Source of the DNA: a phage | NCBI GenBank assembly: GCA_037574385.1 | Contig: GCA_037574385.1_4529.1 | Length of the DNA stretch: 64,000 nucleotides | Direction: 5' to 3' (one strand) | Shown here: in pieces, positions 55,562 to 63,992 of the stretch | How the letters are laid out: every line of letters begins with the position of its first letter | Position numbering within the stretch: the first letter of the stretch is position 1 | The notes under the pieces: generated by a model | What the model was told of the DNA's origin: nothing | What the model saw: the letters and a program-made list of their open reading frames with translations, nothing else | The model's database searches: none | Made by a program: the position numbers and the translations under genes

Positions 55562-55699
55562 AACATATCCTCTTTGATTTGTACATCATTATTTTTAAAT
55601 ATTTCTATGCCCTCAGTAGGTTCCTGGTGTCCTTCTTTGAGGTAAGCCATATGATTATCCATCTTTATGGCTTTTGTTACCTCAGGACTTCCTATAAGC

Positions 55700-56692
55700 T
55701 TATTTCAGTAAAGTAACTTCCGAGATTTCTTCCCAACCATCTTTATCAGTTGAAATAAAATCTGCTACATAAAGAGCCGTACGTAATGATACATTGCGAA
55801 GACGAGATACGTTAGCCTTCATCCAGGACAATGCTTTATACGTTTCAGCATCAGTCAGACCACGTTTCTGCATCATGTCAGTAGATAATATTACATCTTC
55901 AACTCGAACCATAATCTCTTCATTAGAGTGTACTCCAAGGTCGAGATACACTGAACGAGATACTAAAGCTTGAAGGTGTGGAGCAAGTTTCGAACCCCGT
56001 TCTAACTCTTTATCGATATCAACGTTTGTAATGAAAACGATAGTACCTTCAAACTCAAATTCTTTATCAATACCCTTATCCTCGAGATAAGATGACGCAG
56101 TGCTCCAACAAACTTTGCGTTTATCGCCGGTATCTAATGCTGCTTTAAGAAGGTTCAAGATGTCCATATCTGAGAATACGTCAACGTCGTCGATTAAGAG
56201 AACGCTGTCTGCATCACGGTTGAGCCAAAGTTGTTCGTAAAGGCCAATACCAGAGATTTTACCATTAATGCTTTTGTATTTGATGAAACCATTATCATTA
56301 GCATTATTAAGTGCTTTATCCAGAGAATACGTCTTACCAATACCAGCTGCACCTGAAATAATGAGTGAACGAATTTTGCCATCGATAATACCATTCGTCA
56401 TCATGTTCATTACTTTAAAGCGTTTGTTGATACGAGTTTTCATATCTTCAGTGCTTTCAACAACTGCAACCGGTGACGTCTCAACTCCTTCCATTACGAT
56501 GTCTGATTTGAAGACCCATACTCCACGTTCAGAACCATCAATCATAACGAAAATTTTACCATCACCTAAGTGAGAACATTCAGGATTAAGCTTTGCTGGG
56601 AACCATGTCTTTGTGGCAACATAAGAACCAGAGATTTCGTTATTACGATAGATACCTTTTTTGATTTGAACGTTGAACATTTTATTCTCCAA
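55700..56692 (-). CDS. P-loop NTPase (AAA-like ATPase), unknown function
   Basis: 330 aa; Walker A ISGAAGIGKT and Walker B LLIDDVD; early promoter 56720-56748. Confidence 0.6.
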   Translation of the reverse strand: MENKMFNVQIKKGIYRNNEISGSYVATKTWFPAKLNPECSHLGDGKIFVMIDGSERGVWVFKSDIVMEGVETSPVAVVESTEDMKTRINKRFKVMNMMTNGIIDGKIRSLIISGAAGIGKTYSLDKALNNANDNGFIKYKSINGKISGIGLYEQLWLNRDADSVLLIDDVDVFSDMDILNLLKAALDTGDKRKVCWSTASSYLEDKGIDKEFEFEGTIVFITNVDIDKELERGSKLAPHLQALVSRSVYLDLGVHSNEEIMVRVEDVILSTDMMQKRGLTDAETYKALSWMKANVSRLRNVSLRTALYVADFISTDKDGWEEISEVTLLK

Positions 56693-56719
56693 ATTTACTC
56701 ATTTCGTTTCGATAGGTCT

Positions 56720-56748
56720 ATAATAACATGTTTAAAGCAAAAGTAAAC
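56720..56748 (-). promoter_or_regulatory. early promoter (GTTTACT-N16-TATTAT)
   Basis: Minus strand GTTTACTTTTGCTTTAAACATGTTATTATAGACCTATC. Confidence 0.45.
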
Positions 56749-56750
56749 AA

Positions 56751-56969
56751 TTATTTGCGACGAGATTTTTTGGTAAGAGGTTGAAAGAACACTGCTTTAC
56801 CAGCAGGAGTCAAAGTGACTCGTAATGCATTACCGATTCCTAAGGATGCTTTAACAAGACCTTTAGATTTCAGTTCACCGAATGCTTGGCGTTGGTCTGC
56901 ATCACGAGTGTTAACCATAAGACCTTTATCACCAGCTTCACGAATCATTTCTAACATTTTGGTTTTCAT
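56751..56969 (-). CDS. hypothetical basic protein (72 aa)
   Basis: AAGAGGAGAAA SD; early promoter 56999-57026. Confidence 0.5.
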   Translation of the reverse strand: MKTKMLEMIREAGDKGLMVNTRDADQRQAFGELKSKGLVKASLGIGNALRVTLTPAGKAVFFQPLTKKSRRK

Positions 56970-56998
56970 TTTGTTTTCTCCTCTTGTTTTGATAGGTC

Positions 56999-57026
56999 TA
57001 TAATAACATATCCTAAAAGCATGTAC
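56999..57026 (-). promoter_or_regulatory. early promoter (TGTACA-N16-TATTAT)
   Basis: Minus strand TGTACATGCTTTTAGGATATGTTATTATAGACCTATC. Confidence 0.45.
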
Positions 57027-57075
57027 ACTACTTTTTAAAAATATTTTGACCCCCTAAAGGGCCCGAAGGCCCTTA

Positions 57076-58065
57076 TCATTTATAGTACGAATTGTGGTTT
57101 TCTAAGTAGACTTGTTCAAGGAAGTCATCCCAGAAACTCATATCTACTTTTTGTTGCATACCGTTCTTAGCAGCTTGTTCTGCTGCATGTTCAACTTGGT
57201 CGACGATATCTTCTAGGAATTCTTGTACAGTTTTAAACGTATGTTTACCAAGCTTAACATCGAGAATAAATGGAGCATCCTGAAGTGGGTAAACCAGGTC
57301 GCCGGTTTTGTAAATTTCTAAGAGCTGAAGCCCACCACGGCATGCATGACTCAATGCTTTCCAGTCAATACCTTCGTTGGCTTCCGCCTTACGAGCACGT
57401 TCGCCATAGTTCTCTTCCAGTTTAACCAGGATGGCATTGAACTCTTTATTGGTTAACGTATCTTGGAATTTACGGTCTAACAGATTATAGAATGTTTGCT
57501 TACCTGTTTTCTCGTTTTCGGTTTCAACCCACGAAGCAAATTCACCTACAGGCAGAACATTCTTCATATGTGATAAACGAATTACTGCACCATTATCAAA
57601 GTATTGTCCCCATTCATTAGAACGTTTAAGGGCTTGACGAAGAACAGCCAGTCGAGAACCCTTGACGCCATATTTAGAAGCTTGCTTACGGACATACCCT
57701 AAATAAGATTTCATGTTAGTGGTATAGAAACGAGACCTGTTATCTTGAATATACTTCCATACATCAGGCAAATCAGATTTAACTACTAGACTTTGTGGAG
57801 TGTGAAGCATATCTAATGCGACGGTTTCACCATCCGCAGCTAGTTTAAAGAAATATTTGAGACTATACAACTCATGGTCCACGTCGTCTTTTGTGTTCTT
57901 AGAAGATGTGTTATTTGTGTTCTTGCTCATGTGTTCTTTAACGTTACCGGTCAAGATATCACGAGCATGAGGGACATAAATTTCTTTAAAATCGACGTCA
58001 GATTCAGGAGTAGACGTTCCATAAAGGTGGCTACCAAAGTAGCCTTTCATAATTGTTTTCATCAT
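57076..58065 (-). CDS. Pol-beta superfamily nucleotidyltransferase
   Basis: 329 aa; N-terminal GSHLYGTSTPESDVDF (G[SG]-x(9-13)-D-x-[DE] NTase signature); ATGA-coupled to upstream membrane-protein gene. Confidence 0.55.
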   Translation of the reverse strand: MMKTIMKGYFGSHLYGTSTPESDVDFKEIYVPHARDILTGNVKEHMSKNTNNTSSKNTKDDVDHELYSLKYFFKLAADGETVALDMLHTPQSLVVKSDLPDVWKYIQDNRSRFYTTNMKSYLGYVRKQASKYGVKGSRLAVLRQALKRSNEWGQYFDNGAVIRLSHMKNVLPVGEFASWVETENEKTGKQTFYNLLDRKFQDTLTNKEFNAILVKLEENYGERARKAEANEGIDWKALSHACRGGLQLLEIYKTGDLVYPLQDAPFILDVKLGKHTFKTVQEFLEDIVDQVEHAAEQAAKNGMQQKVDMSFWDDFLEQVYLENHNSYYK

Positions 58066-58535
58066 TTAGCCTTATATTCAAGAGTAGGACAGACTTTTTC
58101 TTTACGAGCTTTAAGGTATTCACCTATTAATGATTTCTTACGTTCAATAGGCTCAAGTCCATTTTTAATTCGTTCTTGGTTTTGTGCAATGAGCTCAATT
58201 TCTTTATAATATTTTCTGTCATTATATTTGTCTAACAACCAAGACGGACCAATTATCAATCCGGCAGAAATAAAAGCCATGACTGATACCATTAAAATGC
58301 CTACACCAATTGAGGCCGGAACTAATGTCCATAGACTGCTAAAAACAAAGAATTTAGTTAAAATTTCCTGGCCAATGATTGTGACTGCTGCTAAAATCGC
58401 AAATCCAATAATTGAAACAGCCAATACAGGGATTAACGTTTTCCAAAAATAAGCACACAACGTTTTCGGACGATTCCATGTACTATTGAACGCGGCATAA
58501 ATTTTAAAGTGCCAAGAGTTTTCATTGATAATCAT
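58062..58535 (-). CDS. integral membrane protein (157 aa)
   Basis: Several predicted TM helices; AGGAAT SD. Confidence 0.5.
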   Translation of the reverse strand: MIINENSWHFKIYAAFNSTWNRPKTLCAYFWKTLIPVLAVSIIGFAILAAVTIIGQEILTKFFVFSSLWTLVPASIGVGILMVSVMAFISAGLIIGPSWLLDKYNDRKYYKEIELIAQNQERIKNGLEPIERKKSLIGEYLKARKEKVCPTLEYKAK

Positions 58536-58544
58536 AATAATTCC

Positions 58545-59075
58545 TTATTTCAAAGTTGGGATAATGGAATCGAGATAAGCTTTAAGAGCTACAGCTTCGT
58601 CTTTGGTAAATGTAGTAACATGTGAACGTAAATCATCATTTTGGCGAATAGTTACGACATCACCATCTTCATAAGAATTCATGACAGCCAAAGTCGTGGT
58701 ATAGTTTGGAGCTATTGGATTAATAATGTAAGCACCACGACTGATACCCCATTTAAGTTTAGCCTTTTCAGGTGGTTCGGATTCCAAGAATTCTTTCACC
58801 TTAGCAACGAATGTTTTCCAGTTATCGATAGAAAGGCATTTGTCTTCAGTTTCGATATTAGCACCGTTATAAAGCCCATGATAAAAACGAGCCTGAAGGT
58901 CTCCACCAATATTAATTGCCGATGCATGACCAGGCGGATTGAGTTTCAAAATCTCGTCTAGTTCCATAGGACAAATAGTAATACCATCATCTTCCTGAGT
59001 CAGAACGTATACATTACCACTTTTTTCGATAGTCAAATCACCGAACAGTTCGGTTGTTTCAATTACAGTTTTCAT
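58545..59075 (-). CDS. hypothetical protein (176 aa)
   Basis: Track ORF (TTG) trimmed to ATG. Confidence 0.5.
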   Translation of the reverse strand: MKTVIETTELFGDLTIEKSGNVYVLTQEDDGITICPMELDEILKLNPPGHASAINIGGDLQARFYHGLYNGANIETEDKCLSIDNWKTFVAKVKEFLESEPPEKAKLKWGISRGAYIINPIAPNYTTTLAVMNSYEDGDVVTIRQNDDLRSHVTTFTKDEAVALKAYLDSIIPTLK

Positions 59076-59076
59076 A

Positions 59077-59256
59077 TTATTCACCAATTAAAGTTTCAAC
59101 AAAATTCACCAAATCATTCTGACGAGCATCAACTTGTTTTTCATAAAAGTCTCCACAGTCATTTACTGCATGATAAGCTACATCATTTAAATCTGAATCA
59201 GCTTCACGTAAGTCATGGATAAGGTCCATCAATTTATTAGCTTGTTCGCGTGTCAT
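59077..59256 (-). CDS. hypothetical small acidic protein (about 59 aa)
   Basis: Not in track; ATGA-coupled to a second small ORF upstream. Confidence 0.3.
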   Translation of the reverse strand: MTREQANKLMDLIHDLREADSDLNDVAYHAVNDCGDFYEKQVDARQNDLVNFVETLIGE

Positions 59257-59363
59257 TTTACCATACTCGCTTCAATAAGATTCACTATGCCGTTTACCAT
59301 GTTATAAGTAAACATCGGATAATTGTATTGTACTACAACATAAGCGATAAGCAAAAGTTTCAT
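59253..59363 (-). CDS. hypothetical hydrophobic peptide (about 36 aa)
   Basis: Not in track; ATG with GGAGAACAAA SD directly downstream of early promoter 59392-59420. Confidence 0.3.
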   Translation of the reverse strand: MKLLLIAYVVVQYNYPMFTYNMVNGIVNLIEASMVK

Positions 59364-59391
59364 TTTGTTCTCCGTTCGTTTTGGTAGGACT

Positions 59392-59420
59392 ACTATAACA
59401 TAATCCTACCAAGATGTAAA
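59392..59420 (-). promoter_or_regulatory. early promoter (GTTTACA-N17-TATAGT); TTGGTAGGA/TCCTACCAA inverted repeat around -10
   Basis: Minus strand GTTTACATCTTGGTAGGATTATGTTATAGTAGTCCTACCAA. Confidence 0.45.
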
Positions 59421-59630
59421 CTACCGATTGTGTTTTAAATGTTGATAAAGTTCTTCAACTTGTTTAGGGTCCAAAACAATTAGGTCATTTTCTTGACGAA
59501 GATAAATCCATCCCTTATCCCCAGGGCCATTTTTACAAAACATCACCGTCGTCATATCATCATCTTCAGCGCTTTCAGGTAAAAGTTCAAGTACGCCGTC
59601 TTCAGATTTTCCAGTATAATCGTAAAGCAT
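59421..59630 (-). CDS. hypothetical protein (69 aa)
   Basis: Trimmed to ATG with GAGGATATT SD. Confidence 0.4.
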   Translation of the reverse strand: MLYDYTGKSEDGVLELLPESAEDDDMTTVMFCKNGPGDKGWIYLRQENDLIVLDPKQVEELYQHLKHNR

Positions 59631-59637
59631 AATATCC

Positions 59638-59817
59638 TCACATAATCTCGTTAACATACATTTGCAATTCGGTGTGGGAGTCGGCCATCTTTTTCATTGC
59701 CTTATTGATATCGATATCACCGTCTTCACACCCATGGGCATTTTCCCAATCAGATACAGCATTAGCATACTCTTCAATCAAAAACATTAACTTAGAAATC
59801 TTTTCTTTACGTGACAT
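59638..59817 (-). CDS. hypothetical protein (59 aa)
   Basis: Trimmed to ATG with AGAGGAGAA SD; early promoter 59845-59873. Confidence 0.45.
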   Translation of the reverse strand: MSRKEKISKLMFLIEEYANAVSDWENAHGCEDGDIDINKAMKKMADSHTELQMYVNEIM

Positions 59818-59844
59818 AACGTTCTCCTCTAGTAAGTAAGGTCT

Positions 59845-59873
59845 ACTATAACACAACCTGAGGAGAAGTAAAC
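59845..59873 (-). promoter_or_regulatory. early promoter (GTTTAC-N17-TATAGT) with spacer partly complementary to SD
   Basis: Minus strand GTTTACTTCTCCTCAGGTTGTGTTATAGT. Confidence 0.45.
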
Positions 59874-59885
59874 TGATAGATACAA

Positions 59886-59916
59886 AAAAGCCCCAACCTT
59901 TCGGAAGGGGCTAGTG
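59886..59916 (-). terminator. intrinsic terminator
   Basis: Minus strand AGCCCC..CC-GAAA-GG..GGGGCT hairpin followed by TTTTTTG. Confidence 0.55.
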
Positions 59917-59918
59917 AA

Positions 59919-60221
59919 TTAGATAGATGTAGGCTCTAATTTTATTTTCATGAACTCGGCAAATTGTCTGGCAGTTTTTATGCCTTGTTCCTGGCATTCA
60001 AATGCATCATCACAGGGGCTATTTTTGTAATGCTTTGCCATATACTTATAAAATTTTTCAGAATTCTCAACATTTTGAATTTCGAACAAAGTATATACGT
60101 TTTTAATCCCTGATTCCATAAAGTTATCAAAGTACGGGTCAACATATGCAGTACCAACAATAGGAGTCGTTGCTGCAAAAAACCCCAGCATCGCCACAAT
60201 GGCTATCGCTCTTAAGGCCAT
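59919..60221 (-). CDS. secreted/periplasmic protein (100 aa)
   Basis: N-terminal signal peptide MALRAIAIVAMLGFFAATTPIVGTA; followed by terminator 59886-59916. Confidence 0.5.
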   Translation of the reverse strand: MALRAIAIVAMLGFFAATTPIVGTAYVDPYFDNFMESGIKNVYTLFEIQNVENSEKFYKYMAKHYKNSPCDDAFECQEQGIKTARQFAEFMKIKLEPTSI

Positions 60222-60233
60222 ATAGGCCTCCTG

Positions 60234-60446
60234 TTAATTTTGGCCAGTATTTATTTTTCGCCTTTGAACGGCCTTAACATCTGCGAGGTATTTTTCCAGC
60301 TTGCGCTTGCGTGTATAATCAGCTTTAGAACCAGTTTGACGGATATCCTCGTTTAAATGAGAAATAGAATGTCCTAATTCTCTTCGGATTTCATCCAATT
60401 GGGTTACAGTAAGATTACGAAGTTGTCTTTCGTTTAATTGCTGCAT
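60234..60446 (-). CDS. hypothetical protein (70 aa), probably late-expressed
   Basis: AAGAGGT SD; TATAAATA late-promoter consensus at 60473-60480. Confidence 0.5.
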   Translation of the reverse strand: MQQLNERQLRNLTVTQLDEIRRELGHSISHLNEDIRQTGSKADYTRKRKLEKYLADVKAVQRRKINTGQN

Positions 60447-60472
60447 ATATACCTCTTGGTTAGATATTAGTA

Positions 60473-60480
60473 TTTATAAC
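60473..60480 (-). promoter_or_regulatory. late promoter (TATAAATA)
   Basis: Exact TATAAATA on minus strand about 27 nt upstream of ATG at 60446, overlapping the tk 3' end. Confidence 0.5.
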
Positions 60481-61055
60481 AACCCTGTCAAATCATTCCA
60501 ATGCTTCCGGCATAATGACACATATCTATCGGTATCACCAATTTCAATTTGTCCACCGTCTGTAATTGGAAGTCCATCTTCCGTGACTCTAGCTACCATA
60601 GTGGCCTTTTTACCACAATGACAGACACCTTTAAGTTCAACAAGCTTGTCGGCAATAGCCATTAATGCTTGAGAACCTTCAAATAGATTACCTTTAAAAT
60701 CTGTTCGTAGTCCATATGCCATTACTGGCACATTGTATACGTCAACAATACGACTAAGTTGATACACCTTTTCAGTAGTTAAGAACTGAGCTTCGTCAAC
60801 AAATACACAGTGAATATCCTTTTGTGCTGCAGCCCATTTATAGAATTCAAAGATATCCATGTCTTTTGTAATTATATTGGCATCCTGACGAATACCAATA
60901 CGAGAGACTATTTCACCTTTTGAATCACGAGTATCAATAGCCGGTTTAAGAACTAATACACTCATGCCACGTTCTTTATAGTTATGTGCGGCAGTAAGTA
61001 ATGAAGCAGACTTACCAGCATTCATGGCGGCATAGGTAAAAATTAAACTAGCCAT
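60474..61055 (-). CDS. tk: thymidine kinase
   Basis: 193 aa; P-loop YAAMNAGKS, VDEAQF and C-terminal CHCGKKA zinc motif; matches recalled T4 Tk. Confidence 0.9.
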   Translation of the reverse strand: MASLIFTYAAMNAGKSASLLTAAHNYKERGMSVLVLKPAIDTRDSKGEIVSRIGIRQDANIITKDMDIFEFYKWAAAQKDIHCVFVDEAQFLTTEKVYQLSRIVDVYNVPVMAYGLRTDFKGNLFEGSQALMAIADKLVELKGVCHCGKKATMVARVTEDGLPITDGGQIEIGDTDRYVSLCRKHWNDLTGLL

Positions 61056-61063
61056 AAGAGTCC

Positions 61064-61249
61064 TTATTCGGTAATTCGTTCTAGATAATCATCTAATGCC
61101 CTTTGGGCATCTTCCAGTTCTTGTGTTGCGAGCTGTTTTGCCAGTTTAGACGAGAAATACGATGAATGTTCCCATTCATAAGCTTGTTCAGCCAAACGTA
61201 TTTCATTAGACAAATAAATTATCTCTTCTTTCTGTTGACGAGTAATCAT
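61064..61249 (-). CDS. hypothetical protein (61 aa)
   Basis: ATGA-coupled. Confidence 0.45.
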   Translation of the reverse strand: MITRQQKEEIIYLSNEIRLAEQAYEWEHSSYFSSKLAKQLATQELEDAQRALDDYLERITE

Positions 61250-61428
61250 AATGAGTTCACATAATTAATGAGTTCTTGTTCTTTCCTGTCAAATGATTCC
61301 AACAATGCTTGATATTCTTCATCTGTTAAAGGAGCATATTCATCGTACGCATTGGTGGCTGCTTGCTCATCCAATAGGTCATGGATAAGTTCGAACAGTT
61401 TAGCTTTCTCTTCTTTAGTCAATTTCAT
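61246..61428 (-). CDS. hypothetical acidic protein (60 aa)
   Basis: ATGA-coupled. Confidence 0.45.
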   Translation of the reverse strand: MKLTKEEKAKLFELIHDLLDEQAATNAYDEYAPLTDEEYQALLESFDRKEQELINYVNSL

Positions 61429-61919
61429 TTAGGTTCCCAATCAACAATCACAATTTCTAGTTTAGTGGAATACGTATCTAAAATCTCTTCGATGACATCC
61501 CAGTTTCCACCACCTATACCTGCACCAATTCTTGGCATATAAATTACAGGCTTTGTTATCTTATTCTTTCCGAATTCATTTAATTCTATTATACAATTCA
61601 TTAAAGCAGAGTACTCAAAATTAGGTCCCGGCTCAAACTGTGTATAAAGATTAAAGCAATAAGCTTTATGGGTCTTAAAATATTTTTCATAAACTGAATA
61701 AGTCCCGAGTTTAGACTCGTCTCCGAATTCGGTTTGAAGTTTATCAGCTTCCAGAATTTTTGGATAAGCCTTTGCTAATTGTCCTGCTACACCAGCGCCC
61801 ATTGTATGAAAACAATTGCACCCATGAGCAATATTATTACCTTTAGAAAACAGGGCGACAATATCGCCCTTGATATAGTTTTTAATCACTTGCTGCAAGT
61901 CCTCTAGTATAAGAGTCAA
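61425..61919 (-). CDS. macro-domain protein (putative ADP-ribose binding/hydrolase)
   Basis: 164 aa; macro-domain glycine-rich motifs HTMGAGVAG and RIGAGIGGGNW. Confidence 0.6.
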   Translation of the reverse strand: MTLILEDLQQVIKNYIKGDIVALFSKGNNIAHGCNCFHTMGAGVAGQLAKAYPKILEADKLQTEFGDESKLGTYSVYEKYFKTHKAYCFNLYTQFEPGPNFEYSALMNCIIELNEFGKNKITKPVIYMPRIGAGIGGGNWDVIEEILDTYSTKLEIVIVDWEPK

Positions 61920-62229
61920 CTAGACGGTCCACCATAGAATTGCATGCTGCCTTATCTTTAGGTTCCGCCACCGAGCATTCTAATATTTGCCATTTTTTAT
62001 GATATCGTTTAATTAAGGTAGACGCCTTGAACCTACTAGACGCCCCATCTTTTTCTCCGTCTTTATATGCGTATAACAATTTTTGTGAAAAATCTACTTT
62101 ACACTCTTGACTTTTACCACAATAATCAGACGCCGTTCTGTTTGTATACTCCGTTACATCAGTATATGTAGTATTAGCAAGAGCGTTAAATGAAACCAAG
62201 CCAACTATTAAAGCCAACATTTTGGTCAT
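61882..62229 (-). CDS. secreted protein (115 aa)
   Basis: Signal peptide MTKMLALIVGLVSFNALA; ATGA-coupled to upstream gene. Confidence 0.45.
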   Translation of the reverse strand: MTKMLALIVGLVSFNALANTTYTDVTEYTNRTASDYCGKSQECKVDFSQKLLYAYKDGEKDGASSRFKASTLIKRYHKKWQILECSVAEPKDKAACNSMVDRLVDSYTRGLAASD

Positions 62230-62768
62230 TCTTTTACTTCCAGTAGTTTATTTGATTTAAGGTAATTAGCCTTTTCTAGGACTTCAGAAGCATATTTACT
62301 TCCAGCACTTGTCTTCCATCCCGCATTATATGAGGATATAGCTTTTCTTATATCCCCGTTATGTATATTTAACCAATAAGAAAATTCGATATAAGCCCAT
62401 CTGGCTGAATTAGACCGCTTAGATAGCATTTTCTTAATTTGGGCATCAGTCATATTATAACCAAGCTGGTTAATTCTTGCCCTCATTGTTGGTAGATAGT
62501 TTTGGAACATTCCATACGCATGGTGACCTTTCTTATCTTTAAGATTAACACCGGCAGATGATTCCTGCCATAGTATTGCGGCCATTATGTATCCAAGTCC
62601 TTTCTTATGCATATTTTCATGCGTTTTAAATTTTCCGTCCTTAGAAAACTGTTCCCCAAACTGATAAGCATAATTCAAGTTATCGAGTTGGACATTACTA
62701 AAAGTATGCTCGGAGCTATGTGCTGATAACGAAAGAGCAAATAGACCAGCGAGTAGTGCTTTTCTCAT
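62226..62768 (-). CDS. secreted lytic transglycosylase-like protein (SLT domain)
   Basis: 180 aa; signal peptide; SLT motifs LWQESS, AYGMFQ, YNAG. Confidence 0.55.
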   Translation of the reverse strand: MRKALLAGLFALSLSAHSSEHTFSNVQLDNLNYAYQFGEQFSKDGKFKTHENMHKKGLGYIMAAILWQESSAGVNLKDKKGHHAYGMFQNYLPTMRARINQLGYNMTDAQIKKMLSKRSNSARWAYIEFSYWLNIHNGDIRKAISSYNAGWKTSAGSKYASEVLEKANYLKSNKLLEVKE

Positions 62769-62776
62769 GTTTACCT

Positions 62777-63235
62777 CTAGATTTTAATCACTGCTTTAGA
62801 AGCTTTTCCTGGTAGTCGTTTACTGTTAATAATAGCCATTCTACATTGAAGAGTCTTCATTTTGAATGCCGGATTTTCGCGACAAACTGTAAGGCCTAAC
62901 CAAAGATTTCCATCAGTTATTTCTAAACGGCCTGGGCGGTATTCGACACCTTCGACAAAATCTTCATCAACATCTGGACGTGCCGGCATTGATAAAAATT
63001 CTGCAACTTCTTTAACGTGATTTTTTACTTTACGAAATAATTCAAAAACATAATTCTCATCTATTTCTCTCTGGATGGCACGATCTAAGAGATGTTGAGA
63101 ATACTTGATATGAAAGCCCGGTAGTCCAAGAGACTTTGCAGCATCTTTTATACCGGCATTTATTTTGCGGAACTCCGTTTCAAAGATTCGACGGAGTTTA
63201 TTACGGCGGATAAAAACTTCCGAATTGATAGTCAT
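62777..63235 (-). CDS. regB: RegB endoribonuclease
   Basis: 152 aa; MTINSEVFIRRNKLRR..., FHIKYSQHLLDRAIQREIDE..., RLPGKASKAVIK match recalled T4 RegB; early promoter 63264-63292. Confidence 0.9.
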   Translation of the reverse strand: MTINSEVFIRRNKLRRIFETEFRKINAGIKDAAKSLGLPGFHIKYSQHLLDRAIQREIDENYVFELFRKVKNHVKEVAEFLSMPARPDVDEDFVEGVEYRPGRLEITDGNLWLGLTVCRENPAFKMKTLQCRMAIINSKRLPGKASKAVIKI

Positions 63236-63263
63236 TTTGATTTCTCCTCTAGTTTACAGGTCT

Positions 63264-63292
63264 ATAGTAACACAACTAGAGGAGAAGTAAAC
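63264..63292 (-). promoter_or_regulatory. early promoter for regB (GTTTAC-N17-TACTAT) with spacer complementary to SD
   Basis: Minus strand GTTTACTTCTCCTCTAGTTGTGTTACTAT; 13-bp perfect complement AACTAGAGGAGAA at the regB RBS. Confidence 0.55.
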
Positions 63293-63296
63293 TACT

Positions 63297-63512
63297 TTAT
63301 TGATAAAATGGAGTTAAAGCCCAAGATTCTTTAGATACCATATCGGCGAAATGCCTCATCTCTTCGATTTGGCGACGACGCTGGTCAGCATAGTCTTCTT
63401 CGCCTTCTTCTTTACAATCTTCAAGGTCTTCTTCAAGATACTTTAAGTATTCACTACAAATTTTGTTGACCTTTTCCTGGAAGTCCAATAACCCAGTAAT
63501 AGTAGAAGCCAT
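63297..63512 (-). CDS. hypothetical acidic protein (71 aa)
   Basis: ORF abutting the upstream stop. Confidence 0.45.
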   Translation of the reverse strand: MASTITGLLDFQEKVNKICSEYLKYLEEDLEDCKEEGEEDYADQRRRQIEEMRHFADMVSKESWALTPFYQ

Positions 63513-63778
63513 TAGTATTTTTCCTCAGGTCGAAATACTGCGCGGCATGCCCACATGCTGGCTTCTTTTAGATGTTGCTTAGCATACTTAAGAGCCTGCA
63601 CTGCATCCATATCTTCTTTGGTTTGTTGCTCTGTTTCATTTTCTTTCAAGATATATGCTTCTTCAATCAGAGCATCAAACAACAATCCAAGACGGACTTC
63701 AGCATCTTTAATAGCGTTCACTTTACCAATTTTATCATCGGTATGCGGCTTGTAGCCTTTGATGTCTTCAATCGACAT
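63512..63778 (-). CDS. hypothetical protein (88 aa)
   Basis: Track ORF trimmed to ATG with GAGGAAATT SD. Confidence 0.45.
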   Translation of the reverse strand: MSIEDIKGYKPHTDDKIGKVNAIKDAEVRLGLLFDALIEEAYILKENETEQQTKEDMDAVQALKYAKQHLKEASMWACRAVFRPEEKY

Positions 63779-63992
63779 AAGGAATTTCCTCATCGGTGGC
63801 AAGGTCATATTCGACCAATTGGATAGGCTCATTAATACCGTATCCACGTACAGTGATATCAGTTGTCGGATAGTTTCCAGTAATATCACCCATTCTAAAT
63901 GCTTCAATGAATGATTGCTCGCCTGAGCAACTAAACCAGGCGGCAAAACATTTTAAAACATCTTCAGACCCTTCTATAATCAATTTAGCCAT
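63768..63992 (-). CDS. hypothetical protein (74 aa)
   Basis: ORF ending 10 nt inside the downstream gene; start at window edge region. Confidence 0.4.
   Translation of the reverse strand: MAKLIIEGSEDVLKCFAAWFSCSGEQSFIEAFRMGDITGNYPTTDITVRGYGINEPIQLVEYDLATDEEIPYVD

Noticed and set aside
55456-55662. 68-aa ORF overlapping the 5' part of gene 55274-55561 in another frame
   Set aside because: Its putative SD is 14 nt from the ATG; the overlapping 95-aa frame has a well-placed AAAGAGGA SD
57056-57073. AAGGGCC-CGAA-GGCCCTT hairpin after the nucleotidyltransferase gene as an intrinsic terminator
   Set aside because: Stable stem, but the 3' flank on the minus strand starts with TAGGGGG before the U-rich stretch, so termination is doubtful
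61600-61630. MotA-box-like CTGCTTTAA on the minus strand inside the macro-domain gene
   Set aside because: Spacing to the nearest TATAAT is only 8 nt and it lies within coding sequence
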